Source: Chrysomallon squamiferum
Lineage: Eukaryota; Animalia; Mollusca
Direction of reading: 5' to 3'
Length of the DNA: 64,000 nt
NCBI GenBank assembly: GCA_012295275.1
Contig: CM022665.1
Location: 31,434,001-31,498,000 of the forward strand
A program made the position numbers and the translations under genes. Of the stretch, positions 50,901 through 63,317 are shown piece after piece. Below the pieces are notes generated by a model that saw only the letters and a program-made list of their open reading frames with translations, searched no databases and had not been told where the DNA came from. Within the stretch, counting starts at the first letter, position 1. Each line of letters starts with the position of its first letter.

Positions 50901-53774
50901 AATCTTCATTTTTTTTCCTTTTTTTTCTATTACTGTTAGAAACAGATTATGTTTCAAATATGTCTGCTAAGAACTGATGGGAAAAATAAGAAAGAAGGAA
51001 TGATATACAAATGAAATAAAAAATAAAATAACAAGTTTAGTAAACAGAAATTGGACATCAAAAAATGAAATTTAAAAAAAAAGTAATATGCAATAATAAA
51101 AATAATAAATAAATAAATAAATAAATAAATAATAACAAGGAGATTAAGAAAAACAGAAACAACATTAATATATTTAAAATTATAAAGGAAGGGGAAAAAG
51201 TCACATTTCTTAAATATCTAATTTATCATCTTGTTCTAATTAAAGTCATGTCTGCAAAAGGCTCAGATTCCAAATTACAAAAGGAGGCACCATGAACAAA
51301 TCTCTAATTAGATACAACTCAGGAAATTATTATATTATCTATATATGAAACAACACTACCCAACACCAAATTTATGAATGTGGGAAAGAATCTGTGTTCA
51401 AAAGGAAGGAGATGTGTATTTATGAAAACAACACTGATTCATCCATCAGCAGTCATTAGGTGTTCAACATATGGTATACAGAACCATCCCGAGTGGTGCA
51501 GTGGTTAGGTCTTTACCCTGTGTTAATTGGGAATATGCCTGGCATGAATAACAATTTTAAATCACTGATGTATTAATTAGGAAGTTTTCTGTAAAGAGGA
51601 AACTTCATACTATATTATAAAGATGACTTTTGATTAGGGTATTAGAGTGAAAAGAAAACTGTAAGAAATAGAAGAAATGTATATGTTTATTATTACTATT
51701 ATTTCAAATTTCTTTTTATTACTATTAATATCTCTACATGCACATATTATTATTATTTTGCTGAACTATTTGTTTTGTTATAAAACTTTTGAGTTTTGAA
51801 CAGAACTGAAAAAAAGAAATGAACAATATAAACATCGGTAATAAAAATAATGTTGGATTTGATAAATAAGTATGCTCAGCATTTAAGAGAATTGATAAAT
51901 GTGATTTTCAAAAAACATTTGTGTAAATCCACACCTAAACGGAACATAAACATATGTATTAACCATGTAATTGCCCGAACCTTTCACCTTTGATGAACAA
52001 AAAGCACATGCATCAATAGTTAAGTGGTCATATGACAATTTCAAAAGCTAGGAAAACTCCATCTATATAAATTTACTTTCTAAACATTTAACATTTTGTG
52101 AAATATCATTTAACCTTTGATACCAACAACAACAGATATTATGAAAAGCAATGAAATTCTACATTCTTACCATCAAAAGATGCTTCTTTACAAGATGTTG
52201 GTTATAGTATCAGTTACATTATTCAGTTTATAAAGAATAGAATAAAATTAAGAAATGAAAGAAAAAAGGAAATCAAAATTTTAACAAAAAGAAACATATA
52301 AAAAAAAGACCAATAAGTTGAACAAGGAAAATAACAAGAAAGCAATAATGAATGATTAAACTGATAATATCTTTTATATTAAATATTATTATTTTGCTAT
52401 TGTTCATTTCTCATCCAGTTACGGAATGAAAGAAGAAACCTGTCATCATAAAAACAAGGTTTATTCCAATTTATTTGTATCAAGTGAAACTTTTATTATA
52501 GAAGTAGCCTATATAGTATACTACAATCTCTGACACATCAGTTTTTGAGCTCTAACTCAGTTTTGGGAAGCAGTTCATTTCACAAAGAAAAACAATTACA
52601 GGAAGAACAGAAAATAAAATAAAATGTAGAACAAGAAAGAAAAGGAACAATGAAAAAGAAGAAACACAGAAGAAAACAACAGAATAAAGAAAAGAACAAC
52701 AACAACAACATGTACTTGAAGAATATGATGCAGAATAAGAAGAGTATTAAGAAATTTTAAAAAATATATATTAATCTATGTAATTTAATTGAAGACATCT
52801 GTGTACTATTACAAAAATGAAATGAAATCTTTTGTTGCACTGATATACAAGACATGGAGCTGTGGTAAGTGAGCCATGTTTTATCTCCAGTACAGATACA
52901 GTTACATATAGACTGACTGTCCCCTGTGTTAGTCTGCTCTTGGCTGAAGTTCCTATCTCACTGTGTTTTGTAAATGAGACGTCATTGGAAACTAATGTGG
53001 CTTTGTTCTCCTGTCAGACATTTCCAGACTAGGACCGGCTGTTTCTAGAACAATGCAGATTGTATTTATAACAAACTGGTATTAAATTCAGATTCAAGAA
53101 AAAAAAAAAAAAAGTAATATAATAAAAAAAGAGATGAGTTTAAAAATAGAAATATAGAAATAACAGAAATGAACCAGATCATGTTTATATAATATATTGT
53201 AAAATCTTTGGTTTCATTACTTAAAGTAATTTTATTACTAACAATAATAGAGAAATCAAGGAATATTTTGATAAAGCTCAAAATATAATGGGGAATGTAG
53301 AACACTAACCCACATTATGATGAATTACAAGATAAATTCACTGTGGTGTCTGTTAAACTGCTTTTTGTTTTGGAAAATGTCTTCTGATTGATTTATAAAA
53401 TGCCAAGATATTCACTTCCCTTTCTATCATAGGGTGCATCAAAAAATAAATTTCTTTATTGTGTATTGTCAAAAAACAAAAAGAACAGCCCCATTTGTAA
53501 TATTAGTGGATTTCCATTCTTTTTAAACATTTGATTCAGACTGATAACTGTTATAATGAGATGCACTTACATATTCATTCTCAAAATACAGGACAAAATG
53601 TTCAATTAAATTCATCATTACAAAGATACTGTATAAAATTCAGTTTAAATAACTTGATATCTATCACAATGATTATTATAAATTCAAATCTTCTGACATT
53701 TGGTTTTCTGTTTGCATGTAATAAGCATAAAGAATTCAATTATTATTAACTGCATCATTAGATAAAATACATGT

Positions 53775-53822
<48 letters not shown>

Positions 53823-54526
53823 CTATATAAATTATCTAAACATGTAGTTATATATATAAATATATAACATCAATGACATTGTCATGCAAGCAAATTCTTT
53901 TTTACTGTTGTACAATAACTAAGACACATGCTTTTCTATACTTACATCCCAGTATTATATATCAGACACAGTATCCAGCAATCCATGGCAATATAAGAAT
54001 ATTCTAAACAAAGCACTGATTAATAAATTAAACATACAACAAGAGAATCATAGCATCATAGGCAGAGCCTTCTTCTTCAATCACTAGCAAACATACTCAG
54101 TGTTTTTATCAATGAACTGCAGCCGGAAATATAGATGTTGAATTGGTATTATCAATTTACCCTTGGGCTGCAGTGTGCGCCACTGTATTCATTATCAATG
54201 GAGCACTACGCAAATACCACAGTTCACCACCTGTTTGTGTTATTATGCCATAAATCTCACCTGCGGGCAGTAACACTAATTTAGCTTGCAGGTCAACTGC
54301 AGACATGCAAAACAAAAACTTGATGAAAAATACACAGATCATGCATGAGAACACAGGACACTTGTCAGTAAACAATGAAATAAAGCAAAGGAAGTGTTAT
54401 CCAAGTATACACTTTCATTAATAAATAACTGACAACTTGAAAGATTTATATCCATGGAAGAAAACATGACTAATAAATAAATATTCTTAAATCTCTATCT
54501 CTATCTCTTTTTCTCACAATCTCTGA

Positions 54527-54584
<58 letters not shown>

Positions 54585-57500
54585 ACAATAACAATACAAA
54601 ATATAATCAAGATATGATTAATATTAGTCTGATAATTAAGAATATCATAAATATATATAAAATTGATATTAACAAATTATTCATGTATTATTATAATAGT
54701 GATGACAAGTTAGATCTCTGTATCAAGTAACTGTATATATATTATTATGTATGCATATACATGAAATTGATGAATGAATTGTGATTGACATTATGACCCA
54801 AATGCATATCATTTATATTCATAAGAAAGAAATTAAATGCAGCATGTAAATCTAAATACAAATGTTTTTGTACATAGCTAAATGTATTAATATTTATTAT
54901 CTAATTATTCTATATAAGTGTGCTCATGAATTTTCATTAATGTGACATAAACACTGCACATGAATATTTAATGTTGTTATTTTTTTTTTTTTTTTCTTTC
55001 TCTACTTTTTTTTAAAATTTTATCTTTTGATTTATTTATTTATTTCTTTTTTTGTCTTTGTGTAAGTGAGCTTATGAGAATAAGAATTTGGGAATCTTTT
55101 AAAAAAAAGACTGATAATTCATATACAGTTCTATTTCTGTGAAGAAAAAGTCCTAAAATAATGTATTAGGGTGAAAAAAATAAAAATAAAATTAGATATA
55201 AATGATTTTATAATTCTGCAATATAATACAGCATTGTGTGTGTGTCTTGCTTGTGTGCACATGCACACACACAAGCAAAACAAAATTGAAAAAGCAGACT
55301 TAGATTTTTGAAGTAATAAAACTGGAATCAATAACATGAGGACATTTTATTTCCATATGTGGGCCACCTCAGATGATGTACTTCAAACCTAAGATAACTC
55401 CATTAGTAAAGGACATAAATCGTATTGCATCAGTGGTCATGTATACACACACTGCCTAGTACTTCAATGTAATATTATTTTCTGTAAATACCTTGTGGTA
55501 TACAATTACAGCTTCAGTGTATAGCAATATTCTACCAGTATTGATTTTACAAAACAAAGACAATGGAATTATGTTAAAAAACCAAATTTGGAACAATTCT
55601 TCTAATAAAAACCACTAACATATTGTTTGCTGGGGTTTTTTTTATGCAAAATATAAATGGCATGAAATAAAATGTTCTATAATACATATATATTATAAAG
55701 ATGAAAAGAAAATTAAAACCACTCTAATACATTTTTATTTTCCACATTATAGAGAACAGTGAGACTGAAAGCAATATTTTTTATTTTTTTATTTTCATTA
55801 TTTTTAAATATGTAATTAAACTGTACACCATACCAGTAAGAATTATTTTGATTTAATATTTGTTTTTCTGATTGTAGATAATTTACATTAGATATATCAG
55901 TGTGTCTGAGCTAATAAAATGTGCCCACTAAACATTAGTTCTGATAATCAAATACTATCAAAATTTTAACAATACAAATTGCTCTTTATTAATGTATTTA
56001 AAGTTCTTCTTCTTTCTGCCTGTTTTACTAAACTAAAAGGAAATTAGAATCATGTTACAGATTCTTGTTAGAAAGCAGCAGAAAAAAAGAAGAAAGGTTG
56101 AAAGAAGGAAGAAATGATTTATGAAATGACTCATTCAACATGTATAAATCTACAGATATGTAGTATCACACCTATGGTTTATAAATGATAGTGTTAAGAA
56201 CCATACAAGTAATGGGAAAAAAGAAAAAAAAAAAGGAAAAATGAAATCTGCTGTTGTTATGCAGAAATCTATTCTTTTTCACTTATTATCGTGAGAATTT
56301 TTATTTATACCCTCCTGTAGAAAGGAATGAACATACTAGTCTTTTCATACTAGTCAAGAAACAGCCCAATAGGAAGACTAAAGAACATGTATGTTATACA
56401 AAATAAAAAAAAGAGGCTGTATGTGTGTGTGAGTGGGTATGCACAAGCGTGTGGATATGTGTGATGAAAATATGTATAGATATTTAACAGCCCATAACAT
56501 TTATTTAGCCATTTACAAAAGTTTATTTAAAAAAATTAAGTATGCTTGCTTAGTGAGTTCTCGTTTAACCTATCTATATCAGCAGAAACACAAGTAAAAT
56601 TAATACTTTGAAATGAGACAAATACATAATGGTTTTCCATTCAGTAATGGTGTATTTATAAATAAATTTAATGTCATTGCCACAATTTAGTTTAATAAAG
56701 AAATCGCTAATATAACAATTCTTTACAGACTTGAGATATGACTACACAGGTCAAAGTTCAAATTTTAATGCAAACTATAATAATTATTAAAGCTAAAGAA
56801 TGGAAACATTTCATTTGCAATTCTTTATTTTTTAAATGTGACAAAAATTTCATAATTAATGAAAAATTTAATGGGAATTAAAAATTCAAGAAAAAGAAAA
56901 ATAATAATAATAAAAAAAAGAAATTCAGGTCAGAATGTTTGTATACAAATTTAAAAGTTTTCTTGAAGTAATTTTTGAAAGAAATATTCATGACTGTTCA
57001 TGCCACATATTATGTATAAAGCATGAGAAAATAAATATATAAGAAATGTGTAAAATAAACCCAAGTAAAACTGTAAACATTTTAAAAACAAAGATAATTA
57101 ATTTCAATTTCAAATACACCACAAGAAGAAGAAAAGTCTATTACCAAAAGATAACTTTCTGTTAAATCCATGCTAAACCAAACTTTAACTAAAATGTACA
57201 TACCCAAACAGCCAGAATTACTTTCTCATTAAGCTTTTATCAAGGTAATCCTGATTGCGTGTGTAATATCCATTGTAGGTCAAGTGGTGAAGGGTTTGCT
57301 CTGATAGTGGCAATGTCAACACCACATAGAAGTATCTAACTGTTCTACCTGAAACTTGCAACCTGCCTATGTAATAACACATGAGACTCAAAGACCAGAA
57401 AAACACAGATCTAGATTCCTTTTGGCCATATTCTCCCAGCTTTGCACATACACAAACACCACTGTTTATATGCCACTATCCAGTTCCTGCACGTGTTATG

Positions 57501-60500
57501 ATTATAACCGTTTAAATGGCTGGTTCACTTTACAATGAGAATAAATCAGATGAACTGCCAAAAGGCAGTGTGACCCTCTCAGTCAAGGTCTATCGGAGAG
57601 AGGAGTCTTTCGTACCTGCTTGTTTAAGGGACTGTAGTAGCATGGGCTAGGTCATCTGTCAAGTATTTTGCAAACAGTTTTCGGCAGAACCATTGCTGAG
57701 GTACCTATGAAGGTATTTGAACTTGGATTACCTTTGGCCTATGTTTTGCTATCTGTGTAACAGTAAATGAATATATGACTTATTTTTAGAACAGCTGAAG
57801 TATATGCAGTTATGATGAATTGGTGTTTCTCTTTTTCTTCCCCGGTATATAATTTAAAAAAAAACCTACAAATTACTGATTTTATGTTCATTTAATACTA
57901 TATATGTAAAACCGATAAAATAAAGTTACATTCTCAAACTCAGCTATTTAATAATTTGATTATGTTCACATTATATTAATTCATACATTTTAACAAAATA
58001 CACTTATTTTGACAATAACATAATTTTATTAGATATTAAAAATACCAGTATTATTATTATTATTATTACTATTACTATTATTTCTTGTTGCATACATTTG
58101 GTTGCTAAATTCAGCTTTTATAAAGATATTGCATATTTTATTAGTAGTAGTAGTAGTATTATTTATAAAAGAAGAAAAGCTATCAAATAAATTGAACCTT
58201 TTTTAAATGTTCATTTTCTTATTTTCATTTCAGATGAAATTAGTTATTATATATTTATATGGAAACATTTACAAGGACAGAGTGATTTGCATACATATAA
58301 TTAGCAAAATATTTATGAACATAATTCACGAGTAATGTCAATATGTATACATAAAATACATATTGGTTAATAGAAATATGAAATTCACTTCACCAAAATA
58401 TAGTTGAAAACCAAATTTCTTGTTATTACCTTATTTCTTTAAACCTTTAACACAGTTTACTATCTAACTAATTTAATAAAACTAGAGTAACACATTTTTA
58501 TTGCTTAATGAAATCAAAACTAGTGAAAAGTCTGGCACTTTACAATCAGAATTAAGTCAGTGGTTTAGATGTCTGAAAGTAAAGACATACTGTCCGAGTT
58601 GTTAATAACAAATGTATATAGAAAATGTCTGTAGTAAGTACCTGGCCTTAGGCAGTGAGCACCAAAAGACCTTTCATCTTGCACAAATAAGATGTGAAAA
58701 TCCTAGGAGGCTGGCACCAATTATTACCTCATTCCAGACACTGATAACATCACCACACTAATGTCAAACAAAAATAACTCATCACTGGGCATATAAAAAT
58801 ATAAAAAATATATATACATTTTTATTATTTTTTTTAAATCATATTTTCTTAAGATACAGACCCTTTTTAAATTTTTACTTTGTATTTATAATTTTATTGA
58901 GAATTTCTTTGTTTTGCTGTGGGGTTTTTTTGTGGGTTTTTAATTTAAATGATTTTTATTTTTATTTTTTACATTTTTAAATGTGTTTCTTAAATTAGAT
59001 TTGTTGTTTTCCTATTATTTTAATTAGTGAAACAAAGCATGATTAAAATATGGAATTATATGGGTGTATATTGATACATATAATTATGAAATTAATGATA
59101 TTTTTATAATGTGTCTGTGCATGTCTGCATGTATGTATGTATTTATGTATGAGTGTGTGTGTATATATGTTTGTGAATGTAGACATGTATGCTTGCATCT
59201 ATATTTGTATATATGTTTGTGTATGCATCCAGGCATATTTTTATATTTACAGACACACACATATACAGAGATAAATCTGCAAACATGAGCTAATTCTGTT
59301 TTCTTTATCTTACTCTCTTCTGTCTTTAAATGTTTGAGCATTCACTTATTACTGAAGTTTTATCTTATCTTAAATAGTTTTCTTGGCAGCAAAGATTTAT
59401 GAAATCAACTACATGTAAAAAGGATAAATAAATGGCCAAGGAAAATGTTAAAGGTGCTATTAATGTACTTTTTCTTGTGCTGGTGTGCATGTCAGACACA
59501 TAAATGTACTTTTGTTGACTACACTGGCTTCTCACCTGTCTGAAAATTTCCATACTGAAAAATCTACAACATAAAACAGATAAAGAAAGAGAAAAACTAA
59601 TCTCAAAGATGGATGTTGAAAACAGTGCTTTTAGAAAATATAGGATTTGTCAAGACATGTGATTCAGCTTCTGACCATGTACAATCCAAACTGCGGGCAA
59701 CTTATGCAGAACAATTCCTTAACATCTCTGTCTAAAGACTGATCTATTTGAAGTAAAGTGATATGATTTTTTAAAACAGATTCTATAGACAGATCTTTAT
59801 TTCTGAACTATCAGATTTATATGACAAGAGTCTGTGCAAAGGACATCCCTACAGACTACCTAACCAATTAATGAATGTAGCAAACTATATTTTAGTTCTT
59901 TTAACATGCCAAACAAGCAACAAAAAATTGTGCCAATATATCCATTAAAATATAATAAATTTATATTCTGATGAATGAAGACAGAACCGAAATTGGATTA
60001 TCCATATTAATAATCAACCTTTCCTTCTGGATCATTTAGTAAAACAAGATATATGTAAGTTCTTATGTGTGGTCTTCCTGCCACATATATATATTAAACA
60101 TTAAAAGATTAAAAAGAGACTTGTTTGCTTTATTTATTTATTTATTTATTTGGTTTTCTTTTGTTTTTCTTTTTTTAATAATCCTTTTGCTTATTAGAAT
60201 ATTGCAACTGCACATGCAATTGCAAATGATGGAATGTGCATTTAAAAACTCTTACTATGAAATCATCTGCTGTTGTTATGAAATTACATGTTTACAAGGT
60301 ATAGCAGGTTTATCTTTACAAGAAATGTCATTATCATTATACAGATTAGACTAGGAATGTAATACAATACACGAAAATTGACATTTTAAGAGATTATTTT
60401 ACTTATTTAGCATCAGTGATAGCTAAATATCAGTTTACCCTTGTTGCCAATACATTTTTTAATATCAGTTTTATTAATTATAATCTAATTATTTATAAAA

Positions 60501-63280
60501 CAAGAACAGATATGTTACAAACAAATCTGACAGCAAGGTAACATAAAAACAGTTGAGAATATTCTGCAGCTTGTTCCTAATGTAAACAACATGCTAGCAG
60601 CATCTGGTTGAGTCATTTTATGTTAACTCACCTTTGTTAGTGCAGCATATAGCTCTGAATGTAACCACATACTAAATCACAGGTAATGGAAAACAGAAAA
60701 ATCAAAGTGAAAAGAAAGAGAAAAAAAAGAAGAAGAAGAAAGAAAAAAGAGAAAAGAATAGTTGTAGTTTTCAGAATATTAAGAAACTGGTAAAAAGATT
60801 GGCACAGATTCCTATTTTGAAAATACTCCATGAATTACCCTGATATAATTTGGTTAGTGTTCAAGCTGGCACGAATACCAGTGTGACTGTTTTTTCAAAG
60901 AAAGTATCAGCTCATTAATTATTAGGAATCAAAAACAGAATGAATGATGATTATATTAGTTGCAAATATAACCATTATGTCCAAAGAAGTTTATCTTATT
61001 TGTAAATTACAACTGAAACCTGTTTAATTTTTTTGTTTTGTTTTTGTTTTCATATGGAACAAACATTCATCTTTTCTGTCCCGAAAATGTGATTATGAAA
61101 ACTCCAAAACCAAAGTTTCTAACTCCAATGTATTATTATCAGTAAGATTTAGAATTAATATTCATTAGGAAATAAAAATAAAAATACTTTAAATAATTAA
61201 TCCTAAATTGGATACAATTACCTTTTTATAAATATAATTAATATTGTTTTCTAAATCAAATATTCAAACTCATTTACATACACTGAAGTTAAAAAATAAC
61301 TGAAATATATACAAGATTATATATAAATTAATATACCTTTAAAAGGCACACACGACTTACAATCAGAACTATCTATCAAGTCCTTAATATTTATTTTTTA
61401 TTTGTATGGTGTTATAGAGTACACTTGATTGAACCAGAAAATGATTAGAGTCTATATAAACACATTAACCTACATGCTTATCTTTTGTGTACATGAACCC
61501 TGTGTGTTAACAGAACAAAAATCCCTCAAAAGTCACAGAAAAAACATGACAAAAATCTCCAAATGAACACATATTGAAAAAAATGTCAAATGTTTGCACA
61601 GATTTAAAAAAAAAAAAATACACAACTCTACAAAAGCTAAAATCAAAGTCATACAGAGTATGTCACAAAATGAATAAATTACTGGGAACCGAAGTATCAT
61701 AAAAATACTGTCTTGTTTACTCATTGTCTGACAGATTACTCTTAACATTACAATATATAAACAAAGTTTTAAAACATTGATCTGACAATTGTTTAGTTAG
61801 TTAATTAAGAAAGAAAAAGAAAAATTAAATTTCAGTGTCATAAGCATTTTTGAATTTACATTCTAACTTATTAGGCAATTAATGTTACCATAAATTTTCT
61901 ATACAGTACAAATGATATTGCAACGTAACACTATAGTTAAAGATATTGCTATATATATTAAGTATTATACAATCAAATTTCATACTGACAACTTTATGAT
62001 AGAATACTGATACTAACTATAATGCAGTAATTTTAACTGTACAGCCATGTTTGAACCTAACAACAATATCATACAAGTAAAAAAAAAAAAGGAAAGGTAA
62101 TTAAATTTTAAGATAGTTATAAATAGCTGAGAAAATATATTAATTTGAACAGAATGATATTGTTAACTTTCTAAAAAAGAATTTTAAAATAACAAAAAAT
62201 AAAATAAAATAAAATTTAAAAGAAATAAAATATTTACAAATTTATCTTATTTAAAAACAATTAATGGGAAAGAAAAAGCATGTTTTCAAGATACGCATTT
62301 CATGAGATAAAACAGAAACAACCTATAGTGACAGATGCAATATTTTTGCTGTTGGTTTAATATTTATGAGCATTTTAATGTATGATACAAACATATGTTT
62401 ATGTTGGAATCTACAAGTATGCTGTATAGTTATAACAAGTACAAATGTCACAGAGGTCAGGTAAACAGACTTTAAGATGAATACAGGTAATAAGTTAACA
62501 CTCAAGCTTTGCAGTTAACAGTTCCAGTCTATGATGTCTTACATTATGATGTTAAATTACTAATCTTTTAATAAATAAATAATAATTTTGTTAACTAAAT
62601 GCTGTCAGTAACATTTTGCAAGTTTCTGGATGTAAGTATATGTTTAATATATATATATTATTGTGTGTGTACCAATTTTTTTTTATTTTTTTTATTTGAA
62701 TAGTGGAATACTGGATATAGTTCAAATTAAAATTCCAACAAAAAATAAAATATTAGAATTTATAATAATCAGAAATCTGTTGGTAGTTTAAATAATAACA
62801 AAGTTAATAATATTAATAATACCATTAACTATAACAACAACAAAGACATCCATCACAGTTCATGGTGTGTATTTACATAGGTTTCATTTTACTTGATGAT
62901 TTAATCAAGAACTGAGAGACTTAAAATTTCAAACTCATTCTTTTCTATTTTAAAGTAGTTTTGCAAGATAAGAATATCTGATACAATCTAAATTTTCTTC
63001 AAGATTATACTGCCATTTACTTAGTTACATAATCAAACTGTAATTTTCATGATACTGCTCAAGGCTAAAACCCTGCATCTAACCAGTCTTAATTAATTCT
63101 TATAAAATCATGTGTGATGATTTGAAGACTCAGCGGCTGTAGGATTTTAGATATTGATTAAAAAAAAAAAAAAAAGGTCTATGTAAATGACATTCATTAA
63201 AAAAACAAAATTAAAAAAATTAAAAACCTGGTCACTGGATAAGTGGAGTGGTATCTGAATGTTTAGAAGGAAGCTGCAGC

Positions 63281-63317
<37 letters not shown>

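Noticed and set aside
51485-51560. tRNA A-box-like GTGGTGCAGTGGTTAG (similar at ~34265)
   Set aside because: No B-box or cloverleaf; at most a decayed SINE head, so not called as a tRNA.
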